Notes: generated by a model from the letters alone, not told the origin. DNA of 64,000 bases from Candidatus Sulfomarinibacteraceae bacterium (GCA_963769215.1 CAVYKX010000017.1:88855-152854); one strand, 5' to 3'. Counted from the stretch's first letter, positions 52,148 through 62,231 are shown. Numbers and translations are program-made.

Positions 52148-54561
52148 GGGAGCGCGTAGTCCGTGAAGCGATCGCGGTCGCCTTGATGCTGGGTGCGCTC
52201 CTGGTGCTGGTGGCCCTGCTCACGCACTCGCCGATGGACCCGAGTCCGTTTCACGCGTCGACTCTACGCTCTTCGCCGGACAATCTTGCCGGCTGGCTCG
52301 GCGCGACCCTTTCGGCTGCTCTCTTCAGTTTTATCGGAGTCGCGGCCTTTCTCATCCCTGTGGCTGCTGTCGTGCTGGGCTGGAGATTGCTGCGGCAATC
52401 ACCGATCACCAATCCAAAGCTCACCGCTGTCGGGTGGGGACTGGTTCTGCTCGCCCTCCCCGGGTTTGCGAGCCTTCTCGGTAACGATGTTCCGTTTCGC
52501 GACGGACGGATCTCCACCGGGGGATATGTCGGTCTCGCTGAGACCGAGCTTCTGGGCGGTTTCGCGGGGCCCGTGGGTGGGATCGTCGTATTGGTGTTTC
52601 TGCTCGTGGTCGGCGTGCTTCTCCTCTCAGGAGCGTCGGCGGGGGCGTTGGCCGATCGGCTCACGGAACGGAGCCGCGACTGGTGGTTCGAGCGCCGGCG
52701 GGAACGGTCTGAACGTCGGCGTGCCAAGGAAGAGACGCGGGCGCGAGAGAAGGTCATCGAACGCCAGATCAATCGCATCGAAGGCAATGGAGACTACAAG
52801 GGTTCTCTGACGGTCAAAGAAGTCGAGGGGCGGGGTCGCTTTCGGATTGTCCGAAAGAATTCGGAGGAACCGGTGATTGAAGAGGCGCCTGCGAAGGCGA
52901 CGGCAAAGCGTCGCAGCGCCGCAGCCGATCGGACGAAGAAACCGGCTGCTCCGAAAAAAAAGGCGCCGCAAGCCAAGCGCAAGCTTCAGGAGGAGTTCGA
53001 TTTCGTCGAAGACCTGGAGTCCTACGATCTCCCGAAGGAGGCGTTTCTCGAGGTTGCCGAGGAAGCACCGGAGCGTGACTCTGCCGCTCTGATCGAGATG
53101 TCCAAGCTGATCACCACCAAGTGCCACGAGTTCAAAGTCCGTGGCGAGGTGGTGAATATCCGTACGGGTCCGGTCATCACGACCTACGAATTCCGGCTCG
53201 ACTCGGGGGTCAAGATTTCGGCGGTCCAGAATCTGTCCGAGGATCTGGCCCTGGCCCTCCGCACCGACTCGGTTCGCATCGACCGTATTCCAGGGCGCGC
53301 GACGGTCGGCATCGAGGTGCCGAGTCCCGATCCGGAGGTGATTCGCCTCCGTCAGCTGATCGAGGCGCCGGAATTCCAGCGAGCGCAGTCGTTGTTGACT
53401 CTCAGCCTCGGAGTCGACATCCGCGGCAAGGCCTTTTTCACGGATCTCTCGCGGATGCCCCACCTGCTGATCGGCGGGTTTACCGGGTCGGGGAAATCGG
53501 TCGGGCTCAACGCGATGATCATGTCGATTCTGTACAAGGCTCGCCCGGACGAGGTGAAGTTCATCATGGTCGACCCGAAGATGGTCGAACTCGGGGTCTA
53601 CGGCGATATCCCTCATCTTCTGACGCCGATCATTTCGAACCCGAAAAAGGCGGCCAATGCTCTTGGCTGGGCGGTATCTGAAATGGACAACCGCTACCGG
53701 GTTCTGGCGGCGCTCGGCGTTCGGAATCTGCAGCAGTACAACCAACTCTTGCGCGATCCGGTTCAGATCCGCCGGGCCAGGAAGAAATTGGCCGAAGAGG
53801 CCAACGGGAACGAGCCCGATCTCGAATCGATGCCGTACATCGTGATCATCATCGACGAGTTGGCGGATTTGATGATTACGTCATCGCGGGCGGTCGAGGA
53901 GTCCATCACCCGCCTCGCGCAGAAAGCACGAGCCGTCGGCGTGCACTTGGTCTGCGCCACGCAGCGACCGTCGGTGGATATTCTCACCGGCATCATCAAG
54001 GCCAATTTCCCGTGCAGAATCGCCTACAAGGTGAGATCGCGATTCGACTCGCGGACCATCCTGGACTCGATGGGTGCCGAGCATCTGTTGGGCCGGGGTG
54101 ACATGCTGTTCCTGCCGCCCGGCAGCGCAAACCTGATCCGGCTCCACGGACCGCTGGTGACGGAAAAGGAAATCGCCAGCGTTGTGCGCTATATCAAGCG
54201 CTTCGGCAAACCAGAATATCAACGCGACGTGTTGACTCACGCACCGCTCGGTCCACCCGACCGCGGCGGAAACCGGCGGACCGTCATGGAAGACGGCGAG
54301 GAGTTGACGGACCCCATGTACGACCGGGCGGCGCGTCTGGTGGTCACCACGCGGAAGGCTTCCGCCTCGTATATCCAGCGCCGATTGAGGCTCGGATACA
54401 CCCGGTCGGCGCGACTCTTGGATATGATGGAAAAGGAGGGTCTGGTGGGACCGCCCGCCGGATCGAAAGGACGCGAGCTCTTGGTTCCTGAAAATTACTT
54501 CGGCGAAGTCGATGAGACGCTGGCGCTCAGCGGCGGTGGGCCGGAGGATGACGGTAGGTGA
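52144..54561 (+). CDS. ftsK: DNA translocase FtsK
   Basis: 4TM N domain, PHLLIGGFTGSGKS, DPKMVE, IIDELADLM, ATQRPS, gamma domain QRRLRLGYTRSAR. Confidence 0.96.
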   Translation: MRERVVREAIAVALMLGALLVLVALLTHSPMDPSPFHASTLRSSPDNLAGWLGATLSAALFSFIGVAAFLIPVAAVVLGWRLLRQSPITNPKLTAVGWGLVLLALPGFASLLGNDVPFRDGRISTGGYVGLAETELLGGFAGPVGGIVVLVFLLVVGVLLLSGASAGALADRLTERSRDWWFERRRERSERRRAKEETRAREKVIERQINRIEGNGDYKGSLTVKEVEGRGRFRIVRKNSEEPVIEEAPAKATAKRRSAAADRTKKPAAPKKKAPQAKRKLQEEFDFVEDLESYDLPKEAFLEVAEEAPERDSAALIEMSKLITTKCHEFKVRGEVVNIRTGPVITTYEFRLDSGVKISAVQNLSEDLALALRTDSVRIDRIPGRATVGIEVPSPDPEVIRLRQLIEAPEFQRAQSLLTLSLGVDIRGKAFFTDLSRMPHLLIGGFTGSGKSVGLNAMIMSILYKARPDEVKFIMVDPKMVELGVYGDIPHLLTPIISNPKKAANALGWAVSEMDNRYRVLAALGVRNLQQYNQLLRDPVQIRRARKKLAEEANGNEPDLESMPYIVIIIDELADLMITSSRAVEESITRLAQKARAVGVHLVCATQRPSVDILTGIIKANFPCRIAYKVRSRFDSRTILDSMGAEHLLGRGDMLFLPPGSANLIRLHGPLVTEKEIASVVRYIKRFGKPEYQRDVLTHAPLGPPDRGGNRRTVMEDGEELTDPMYDRAARLVVTTRKASASYIQRRLRLGYTRSARLLDMMEKEGLVGPPAGSKGRELLVPENYFGEVDETLALSGGGPEDDGR

Positions 54562-54563
54562 AT

Positions 54564-54902
54564 ATGTCCTTCGAGGCACTCGACCTGGGTCCATCCACTC
54601 TCTATCAACTCGGTGCGGCGGCCGCGGTATGCGTGCTGTTGTTGCTGCTGATCGCGTCGTTCGTGTCGCGCTCGCGAGTTTTCTGCCAGTACCTCCACCA
54701 CATGACCGGCATCCGTTTGAAGTCGAGCACCGTTCGTGCACTCTACAAGAGGGCCGGGAAGGGCGGAGTCCGCGACCACCTCATCGATCTGCTGATCCGC
54801 GAAGATCTCGCTGACTCTGGCCGTGTGATCACTCCGGACTCCAAACCGGACACCTCGATCTTCCACACCGAGAGAGCCGTCTCCAAGAAGAAAAGGAAGT
54901 GA
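54564..54902 (+). CDS. Small single-TM hypothetical protein
   Basis: N-terminal TM helix; starts 2 nt after the ftsK stop. Confidence 0.6.
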   Translation: MSFEALDLGPSTLYQLGAAAAVCVLLLLLIASFVSRSRVFCQYLHHMTGIRLKSSTVRALYKRAGKGGVRDHLIDLLIREDLADSGRVITPDSKPDTSIFHTERAVSKKKRK

Positions 54903-55001
54903 CCCCTCTTCCCTGCCCGCAAGCCGATATTCGAATCGTCGGTTCATCCGGAATCCGTGAGGTGAGTCGGTTGTCGAGGTGCTACCGAGAGCCGCGGCAA
55001 G

Positions 55002-55168
55002 AACCACCACTGAGTCACAGAGAGCACAGAGTGTACACAGAGAAATCCACAATGTCGGCGATGGAAACCAAGCAGGCGTTGTGCTCCAGCAGATCGATTT
55101 GGTCTCCCATACGAAAAAATATAGACCTCTGTGATGCCCTCTGTGAACTCTGTGCCTCTGTGGTTCTT
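55002..55168. mobile_element. MITE-like element, CACAGAG family, copy 2
   Basis: aaccaccactgagtcacagagagcacagag...ctctgtgaactctgtgcctctgtggttctt. Confidence 0.75.
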
Positions 55169-55296
55169 CGGCCTTCCAAGGCACTTGCTGTGAGCTCCGT
55201 CGAGAAACTTCTAAGATAACGTGGACTTGGCTGCTGACCCCACGCTTTTCCGGATGAACAAAACGTAAAACGTAAATCGATGAACCCTGAGTGCCT

Positions 55297-55353
55297 GGGA
55301 GGGTGGGTGGAAACCTTAAACGTTCTAACGTTCCAACCTTCAAACGTTCGAAC
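55297..55353 (+). repeat. G-anchor plus AACGTTC-type 8-mer array
   Basis: gggagggtgggtgga aaccttaa acgttcta acgttcca accttcaa acgttcga. Confidence 0.75.
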
Positions 55354-55398
55354 GGGCAGGTGGGCGGCCCGCCACCCGGCACAGGTATGATGTTCCTC

Positions 55399-57210
55399 GT
55401 GTCTGGAATCCGCGTACTCTCCGACGACCTGGTCAACCGCATCGCCGCCGGCGAGGTTGTGGAACGTCCCGCATCAGTGGTCAAGGAGTTAGTGGAAAAC
55501 AGCCTCGACGCGGGTGCAACCCGCATCGAGGTGGAATTGAGCAATGGTGGTCGCAGCCTGGTGCGCGTCACGGATGACGGCGGCGGTATGGACGCTGATG
55601 ACGCCGTGTTGGCCCTCGAACGCCACGCGACATCGAAGATCAATGTTGCCGAAGATCTGGACCATATCGGCACCCTCGGTTTCCGGGGCGAAGCGTTGCC
55701 GTCGATTGCGGCGGTTTCTCGTTTTGTTCTCCTGACCTCGAGCGATCCTTCCACGGGGGGTGTTCGTGTGACTGTGGAGGGGGGACGGATCCTCGGCGCC
55801 GAGGGTGCGGCGCGTGCGCGCGGCACGACCGTCGAGATCCGGGATCTGTTTTTCAACGTACCGGCCCGGCGGAAATTCCTGAGATCGCCGGAGACCGAAC
55901 TCCGTCATGTTCAGGAGGCTGTGTGGAGTGCCGCGTTGAGCCGGCCCGATGTGGCGTTTCTTCTCCGGCACGGACCTCGATGTCTGATTGACGCGCCGGC
56001 GGTGGCGGACCCGTCTCGCCGGTTCAAGGATCTGTGGCGCAAGACGGATCGGGTCGTTGCCTTCTCCGCCAGTGGTGGAGGAGCGGCAATCGAAGGCATG
56101 CTGGCCCCGGGAACCGGCCGCGGCCGGCCTCAGATGATCTTTCTGGTCAACGGCAGAGCGGTGCGCGACCGGCTGCTGGTCGGGGCCGTGATGCGGGTGA
56201 TTCGGTCGGCAGGCGCCGGGTTTGGCGGATCGAGAGTGGCCATCGACCTTCGGCTGCCTCCCGATCAGGTCGACGTCAATGTCCACCCGGCCAAGGCTGA
56301 GGTCCGTTTTGCCCGCGCGGGAGCGATTTTTTCGCTCATCGAACGCGCGATGCGCCACGGGATCGCGGCGTCACAGGGCCGCGTCGGTATCAGTCGTCTC
56401 GATGAGGGAGACCGTGCCCACCCCGGAGTGTCGGAGTCAGCCCGTGGAGGGTACGGCGAATTGCTGCGTAACCGCTCATCGGGAGGATCGCCGCTTTTCG
56501 AACACCCCGCGTACAGCGAAGCTGCGGAAACGCATTCGATCTCATCGCCATTTGACAGTGCCTCGTCGGCCGCAGATCACGACCGGGTCGAATCCAGATC
56601 AGGCGCCACCCCTGGTCCCGCCGACACTCCCTTCGGTCGACTCATCGGACAGTACCGCGACAGTTTTCTGCTGCTCGAGGACGTTCACGGTCTCGTGATC
56701 GTCGACCAGCACGTGGCGCACGAACGCGTGCTCTACGATCTGATCCGTCGGCGGCTGGCGGGGGAAAAGGCCCCTTCGCAGGGTCTGCTGCATCCCAGAT
56801 TGATCGAGGTCGGTGAGGCCCTGGCCGGTGCGCTGCCCGCAGTGGAGGATTTGCTGCGGCGGGTGGGTATCGAAGCGGAGCTTTTCGGGCCGGACACCGT
56901 GCGCCTCTCCTCGGTGCCGCCAGAGCTCGAGGAAGAGGAAGTGGATCGCGTTGTCGAGGAAATTCTCGATCGCGCCACTGCCCTCGACGGTGTTCCGGAA
57001 CGCGCGGCCGAGGAACTCGAAGAACAACTCGCCGCAGACTTGTCGTGTCGCGGAGCGATTAAGATCAACCACCGGTTGTTGGCGCAGGAGCAGCGCTCCC
57101 TGCTCGACGACCTGGTGGCAACCGAGAACCCCTACCGATGCCCGCACGGGCGACCCATCATCCTCCGACTCTCTCAGGAGGAGATGGAGCGACGCCTGGG
57201 GAGACGTTGA
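55399..57210 (+). CDS. mutL: DNA mismatch repair protein MutL (endonuclease type)
   Basis: IAAGEVVERPASVVKELVENSLDAGA, GFRGEAL, DVNVHPAK, DQHVAHER, SCR, CPHGRP. Confidence 0.95.
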   Translation: MSGIRVLSDDLVNRIAAGEVVERPASVVKELVENSLDAGATRIEVELSNGGRSLVRVTDDGGGMDADDAVLALERHATSKINVAEDLDHIGTLGFRGEALPSIAAVSRFVLLTSSDPSTGGVRVTVEGGRILGAEGAARARGTTVEIRDLFFNVPARRKFLRSPETELRHVQEAVWSAALSRPDVAFLLRHGPRCLIDAPAVADPSRRFKDLWRKTDRVVAFSASGGGAAIEGMLAPGTGRGRPQMIFLVNGRAVRDRLLVGAVMRVIRSAGAGFGGSRVAIDLRLPPDQVDVNVHPAKAEVRFARAGAIFSLIERAMRHGIAASQGRVGISRLDEGDRAHPGVSESARGGYGELLRNRSSGGSPLFEHPAYSEAAETHSISSPFDSASSAADHDRVESRSGATPGPADTPFGRLIGQYRDSFLLLEDVHGLVIVDQHVAHERVLYDLIRRRLAGEKAPSQGLLHPRLIEVGEALAGALPAVEDLLRRVGIEAELFGPDTVRLSSVPPELEEEEVDRVVEEILDRATALDGVPERAAEELEEQLAADLSCRGAIKINHRLLAQEQRSLLDDLVATENPYRCPHGRPIILRLSQEEMERRLGRR

Positions 57211-58076
57211 TGCAGAGAGAACAATGGCACCTGACCGAAGGCCTGATTTTCGCCCATTTTGCGGTGTTCATTCTGGCGGGGATGATGGAGGCGAGCCAGC
57301 AGGCCCTGGCCCTCTTTCCAGAGCTCGTCACGAGCCGTCCGTGGACTCTGGTGACCTACCAGTTTGTTCACGGCAGCAGCATGTTCTGGTTCTTCATCTC
57401 GATGCTCGTGCTGTGGATCATGGCGCGCCCACTCGAAGAGAGCTGGGGTTCCCCGAGGTTTCTGGTCTTCTGGTTGATTGCTACCTTTGGAGCATCGTTG
57501 ACGGCGTGGGCTCTCGGGCGTGTTCTCTACGGCGATACCGGCTTCAGCACCTGCCTGCTGTTTACCTTCGCGACCGTGTACCCCGAAGTGGAGTTTCGCC
57601 TCTTTTTCATCATTCCGGTCAAGGTGAAATACCTGGCCATCATCGCGGCCGCGTTCCTCGTTTACTCGAGCCTCACTCTCGGCCTTCTCGCCGGTGTCGC
57701 GAATATCGCGGGCACCTCAGCCGGTTATCTCTTCTTTCTTGCCACGCGCCGGATGCCGAGTCGACGCAAGATCGCCTTCGAGTTCAACAAACGCAAGGCG
57801 GATATGGCGGTGGGTGCCGAAAGCGCGCAGGCGACCGGCCGAAACCAGAACTGGGACCCGGCTGTTCGAGCGGCCGCAGAGAGAGCTCGCGAGGCTGGGG
57901 TTGTGGCGCCCGAGGACGAGCCCCTGTTGGCGGAACTCGATGCTGCCAAAGATCCGTCGATCACGGTCTGTGCGCCGAGCGAGTTTGGTTTCATCGAGGA
58001 TGATGTGTGCCGCGGCTGTGCCGGATACGCCGAGTGCGCGGCTCGCAGAATTCGACAAAGCGCGGAAGATCGCTGA
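57210..58076 (+). CDS. Rhomboid-superfamily membrane protein lacking the catalytic dyad, with a C-terminal 4-Cys motif
   Basis: PWTLVTYQFVH, LEESWGSPRF, FFIIPVKVKYL; no GxSG, and ANIAG sits where AHLGG is expected; TGATG overlap with mutL. Confidence 0.75.
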   Translation: MQREQWHLTEGLIFAHFAVFILAGMMEASQQALALFPELVTSRPWTLVTYQFVHGSSMFWFFISMLVLWIMARPLEESWGSPRFLVFWLIATFGASLTAWALGRVLYGDTGFSTCLLFTFATVYPEVEFRLFFIIPVKVKYLAIIAAAFLVYSSLTLGLLAGVANIAGTSAGYLFFLATRRMPSRRKIAFEFNKRKADMAVGAESAQATGRNQNWDPAVRAAAERAREAGVVAPEDEPLLAELDAAKDPSITVCAPSEFGFIEDDVCRGCAGYAECAARRIRQSAEDR

Positions 58077-58133
58077 AATTGATCGATTTTGGAGATTTAT
58101 TCCTGTAACTGTGTCTCATTTCTGCATTTGCAT

Positions 58134-58151
58134 TCGTGAAAATCTTCACAT
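58134..58151. promoter_or_regulatory. Rex-like operator upstream of the vor operon
   Basis: TCGTGAA-AATC-TTCACAT matches 12 of 14 specified positions of TTGTGAA-N4-TTCACAA. Confidence 0.6.
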
Positions 58152-58225
58152 AGCTTGAGCATCAAGGGCGTCCGGGTTATCCTGATGCTCCGGTCGCTTG
58201 GAATCCAAATGGAAGGGACGCGGAG

Positions 58226-58942
58226 ATGTATCGGAAGCGGGTGACAGTTTTCGTCGGCCACTTCGGCAGCGGCAAGACCGAGATTGCTCTCAACGGAGCG
58301 CTCGAGATTGCCGCAACAGGTGTGCCGGTCACCCTCGCCGACCTCGACGTGGTGAAGCCCTATTTCCGCTCCAGGTCGGCTCGGGCCATTCTCGACGATG
58401 CGGGTATCGAGCTGCTGGCGCCAACGGGCGCAAATGTTCACGCCGACCTTCCGATCATCGTCCCGCAGATTCGCAGCCACCTGAGACAGAACCAGAGGCG
58501 TCTGATCATGGATGTCGGCGGAGACGATACCGGCGCCAGGGTTCTGGGCTCGCTGTCGGACGTGATTCCGCGCGACGACACAGACTGTCTGCTGGTTCTG
58601 AACTTTCGGCGTCCGTCCACTCCCGATCCGAGAACCGCACTGAAGATGGTGCGGGAGATCGAAGCCGTGGGGCGTTTGCCCGTGACCGGGCTCATCTCCA
58701 ACACCCACCTCATGGATGAAACCACTCCCGAGGTGATCTTGGACGGCTATCGCATGGCACTCGAGACAGCCCGGACGGCTGGTGTGCCGCTGGTGGCGGT
58801 GACGGTCAGTGGCGATGTCGCGGCAGACATCGATCCCGAAAGTCTGGAGTGTCCGGTGGTCACGATGCGGCGTATCGTGCGACCGCCGTTCGACCAGTCG
58901 TTGGAGCGGAGGACCACGGGACCGCTCTTCGTGGTCAACTGA
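58226..58942 (+). CDS. P-loop NTPase (MinD/CobQ-like) leading the vor operon
   Basis: GHFGSGKTE, DLDVVKPYFRSR, DVGGDD.GAR, SNTHL. Confidence 0.8.
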   Translation: MYRKRVTVFVGHFGSGKTEIALNGALEIAATGVPVTLADLDVVKPYFRSRSARAILDDAGIELLAPTGANVHADLPIIVPQIRSHLRQNQRRLIMDVGGDDTGARVLGSLSDVIPRDDTDCLLVLNFRRPSTPDPRTALKMVREIEAVGRLPVTGLISNTHLMDETTPEVILDGYRMALETARTAGVPLVAVTVSGDVAADIDPESLECPVVTMRRIVRPPFDQSLERRTTGPLFVVN

Positions 58943-58955
58943 GAAAGGAGCGTTC

Positions 58956-59189
58956 ATGCCGCAGATCGTGATCAGCCCCGACAGCTGCAAGGGGTGCGAG
59001 CTCTGCGTTTCGGCGTGCCCGCAGCAAATTCTGGGCATGGGCAAGCAGATCAACAACAAAGGTTATTTCTATGCCGAGGTGGTGGAGCAGATGCGCTGCA
59101 TCGGGTGCCGGCTGTGCTGCATTACCTGTCCCGATATGGCCATCGAGATGAGGGTCAACGGGACGATGTATCACTACTTCAGTTACTGA
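58956..59189 (+). CDS. 2x[4Fe-4S] ferredoxin (delta subunit of the oxoacid oxidoreductase)
   Basis: CKGCELCVSACP and CIGCRLCCITCPD. Confidence 0.92.
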   Translation: MPQIVISPDSCKGCELCVSACPQQILGMGKQINNKGYFYAEVVEQMRCIGCRLCCITCPDMAIEMRVNGTMYHYFSY

Positions 59190-59210
59190 TGGGAGTTTCC
59201 ACGATGACCT

Positions 59211-59296
59211 TCCCCGTTCCCGCGCCCGTGCCCGTGCCCGAAATGGGCATTGAGCCAGAAAGTGGTCTTCGGACGCGGTCACGGATGCGGGACGCG
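59211..59296. repeat. CCCGTG hexamer repeats with a degenerate inverted arm
   Basis: cccgtt cccgcg cccgtg cccgtg cccg ... cggacg cggtca cggatg cgggac. Confidence 0.6.
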
Positions 59297-59328
59297 ATGT
59301 TCCGTCGAGCATTTGATCGGAGAACCGC

Positions 59329-60417
59329 ATGACCAAAAAACTCATGAAGGGCTCGGAGGCCATCGGCGAGGCGGCGGTGCAGGCCGGGTGCAAGTTATTT
59401 TTCGGCTACCCGATCACGCCCCAGAATGAAATACCCGAGTACATGTCGATGCGTCTTCCGCAGATCGGCGGCGCCTTTGTCCAGGCGGAATCAGAGGTGG
59501 CGGCCTCCAACATGATCTATGGCGCCGCCGGGTCGGGTGAACGCGTGATGACCTCGTCGTCATCGCCCGGAGTGTCGCTGATGGCAGAGGCCATCTCCTA
59601 TCTCGCCGGTTCCGAGCTGCCGGTAGTCATTGTCAACATCGTTCGGGCCGGTCCGGGACTCGGCGGGATTCTGCCGAGCCAGGGCGACTACTTTCAGGCG
59701 ACCCGAGCGCTGGGACACGGAGATTTCCGTGTGTTGGTGCTGGCGCCCTGGTCAATCCAGGAAGCTGCGGATCTGGTTCAGGATGCCTTCGATCTGGCCG
59801 ACTACTACCGCAACCCGGTGTTGATCCTCGGCGACGGTCTGATCGGCCAGATGATGGAGCCCGTGGAATTCCACGACGGCCGTCAACCCATCAAGGAGCT
59901 CGAGCCGAAGACCTGGGCCGCCACCGGTTGCGACGGCAGCCGGCCCACCAACGTCATCAACTCCCTTTTCCTCGATCCTGCGGAGCTCGAGCAACACAAC
60001 ATCAAGCTCACCGCCAAGTACGACCTCATGACAGCGGATGAAGTGCGATACGGCACCGAAGGCACTGACGACGACTACGATGTCCTCATCGTCGCCTACG
60101 GCACGGTGGCGAGGGTCTGTTCTACGGCCATCGAGGAGCTCAGGGAAGAGGGCGTCAAAGCGGCCCTCGTGCGACCGATTACGCTGTGGCCGTTCCCCTA
60201 CAAAGCGGTCCGTGATGCGGCGGCCAGGGCGAGTTCGGTCCTCGTCGTGGAGTTGTCCGCGGGTCAGATGATCGAGGACGTCCAGTTGGCTCTCGCACGC
60301 AGCCGACCGGTCCATTTCTACAACCGGATGGGCGGCATGCTGGTGTCGCCGGACGAAGTCGTGAGCAAGGTGAAATCGATCCTCGATGGCAGCTCGGAGG
60401 AGGTGCATCATGGCTGA
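59329..60417 (+). CDS. vorB: 2-ketoisovalerate:ferredoxin oxidoreductase alpha-type subunit
   Basis: GYPITPQNE, QAESEVAA, TSSSSPG, RAGPGLG.I.PSQGDY, GQMMEP. Confidence 0.85.
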   Translation: MTKKLMKGSEAIGEAAVQAGCKLFFGYPITPQNEIPEYMSMRLPQIGGAFVQAESEVAASNMIYGAAGSGERVMTSSSSPGVSLMAEAISYLAGSELPVVIVNIVRAGPGLGGILPSQGDYFQATRALGHGDFRVLVLAPWSIQEAADLVQDAFDLADYYRNPVLILGDGLIGQMMEPVEFHDGRQPIKELEPKTWAATGCDGSRPTNVINSLFLDPAELEQHNIKLTAKYDLMTADEVRYGTEGTDDDYDVLIVAYGTVARVCSTAIEELREEGVKAALVRPITLWPFPYKAVRDAAARASSVLVVELSAGQMIEDVQLALARSRPVHFYNRMGGMLVSPDEVVSKVKSILDGSSEEVHHG

Positions 60418-61183
60418 GACCGTGTTTGCCAGGCCGCAGGCTCTGGCCGAGGTCACGACCCACTATTGCCCGGGTTGCACGCATGGCGTGATCCATCGCC
60501 TGGTGGCGGAAGTGATCGACGAACTCGAAATTCGCGAACGGACCGTCGGTATCGCGCCGGTTGGATGTTCGGTTCTGGCCTATAACTACTTCAACGTTGA
60601 TTTCCACGAAGCATCGCACGGTCGGGCTCCGGCAGTCGCAACCGGCATCAAGCGGGCGCGCCCGGATCTCATGGTTTTCTCCTACCAGGGTGACGGTGAC
60701 CTCGCATCCATCGGGATGGCCGAGATCGTGCACTGCGCCAACCGCGGCGAGAAGGTCACAGTGGTCTTCGTCAACAACGCCATCTACGGCATGACCGGCG
60801 GGCAGATGGCGCCGACCACCATGCCCGGCCAGGTCGCCACGACCTGCCAGCTCGGACGCGATGTGGACACCACCGGCCATCCCATCCGCATGGCCGAGCT
60901 GCTCTCCACTCTGCGCACCCCGGCCTTCGTGGCCCGTGCCACCGTCCACAACCCACTGGTGGCGGTCCACGCCAAGGAGATGCTGCGGCGCGCATTCACC
61001 TATCAAGTCGAGGGCACCTGTTTCTCGTTGGTGGAGATCCTCTCGACCTGCCCCACCAACTGGGGTATTCCACCCTCCGAATCAATGACCTGGCTGGAGA
61101 AGAACATGTTGCCGTACTACCCGGTAGGGATCTTCAAAACGCCCGAAGGCGGCAGCCGCGAACCGATGCCGTTGAGCGGTTGA
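60410..61183 (+). CDS. 2-oxoacid:ferredoxin oxidoreductase beta (TPP-binding) subunit
   Basis: YCPGCTHG, PVGCS, HGRA, YQGDGD, NNAIYGMTGGQ, STCPTNW. Confidence 0.92.
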   Translation: MAETVFARPQALAEVTTHYCPGCTHGVIHRLVAEVIDELEIRERTVGIAPVGCSVLAYNYFNVDFHEASHGRAPAVATGIKRARPDLMVFSYQGDGDLASIGMAEIVHCANRGEKVTVVFVNNAIYGMTGGQMAPTTMPGQVATTCQLGRDVDTTGHPIRMAELLSTLRTPAFVARATVHNPLVAVHAKEMLRRAFTYQVEGTCFSLVEILSTCPTNWGIPPSESMTWLEKNMLPYYPVGIFKTPEGGSREPMPLSG

Positions 61184-61194
61184 CTGGAGGGGGC

Positions 61195-61749
61195 ATGCAG
61201 AGCGAAGTAATCATGGCCGGGTTCGGGGGGCAGGGGATCCTCCTCATCGGCAAGATGCTCGCCTACGCGGGCATGCACGCGGGCAAGGAGGTGTCGTGGC
61301 TGCCCTCCTACGGTCCGGAGATGCGCGGCGGGACCTGCAACTGTACCGTGGTGGTCTCCGACAAGCCCGTCGGGTCACCGGTGATTCGCTCACCGCGGGC
61401 GGTGCTCGCGATGAATCTGCCGTCTCTGGAGAAGTTCGAGCCGGATATCCGACCCGGTGGGCTCCTGCTGATCAACTCCTCGCTGATCAACCGCGGCTCC
61501 GAACGCGACGACGTGACCGTCATCGAAGTGCCGGCGAATCAGATCGCCACCGACCTCGGGAACCCGCGCGGCGCCAACATGGTCGCACTCGGCGCCTACC
61601 TCGGGGCCACGGACGCGGTGTCGATCGACGAGGTGATCGAGGTCATCCGCGAAACCTTCGCCGCCAAACCGGCGGTGATCGATGTCAACATCGAGGCGCT
61701 GCAGAAGGGCTACGAGCTCGGAGCGGCGCACAAGGAGATGGAGGCTTGA
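61195..61749 (+). CDS. 2-oxoacid:ferredoxin oxidoreductase gamma subunit
   Basis: AGFGGQG, PSYGPEMRGG, NMVALGA. Confidence 0.92.
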   Translation: MQSEVIMAGFGGQGILLIGKMLAYAGMHAGKEVSWLPSYGPEMRGGTCNCTVVVSDKPVGSPVIRSPRAVLAMNLPSLEKFEPDIRPGGLLLINSSLINRGSERDDVTVIEVPANQIATDLGNPRGANMVALGAYLGATDAVSIDEVIEVIRETFAAKPAVIDVNIEALQKGYELGAAHKEMEA

Positions 61750-62231
61750 TGGCTGAAACTCCGTGTTCCGACCTCAGCATGACTGAAGATATTCTCGCGA
61801 AATATCCGGCCGAAGAACCGGCGCTGATCCAGGTTCTGCAGGACGTCCACCGCGCCTACAACTACCTGCCGTGCGATGTGCTCGAGCGGGTGGCCGAGGC
61901 GCTCGACGTTCCCCTGGCCAAGGTCTTCTCGGTTTCTACCTTCTACAAGGCTTTTTCGCTCGAGCCACAGGGCGACACGATCGTCAAGGTGTGCACGGGG
62001 ACGGCCTGTCACATCCGCGGTGCCGGCCAGTTGGTGGAGGAACTCGAGCGCCAGCTCGGGATCGGTCCCGATGAAACTACGGAGGACCTCAAATTCACCG
62101 TCAAGACGGTCAATTGCGTCGGCGCCTGTGCCATGGCGCCGGTGATGATCGTCGGCGAGAAGTACTGGGGCAGCGCCAAGTCCGCCCGCATGGCCAAATA
62201 CCTGGCCGAGGGAGGCAACGATGAGAATTGA
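61749..62231 (+). CDS. NuoE/HydC-like [2Fe-2S] subunit
   Basis: LIQVLQDV, STFY, VCTGTACH, VNCVGACAMAP. Confidence 0.92.
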   Translation: MAETPCSDLSMTEDILAKYPAEEPALIQVLQDVHRAYNYLPCDVLERVAEALDVPLAKVFSVSTFYKAFSLEPQGDTIVKVCTGTACHIRGAGQLVEELERQLGIGPDETTEDLKFTVKTVNCVGACAMAPVMIVGEKYWGSAKSARMAKYLAEGGNDEN

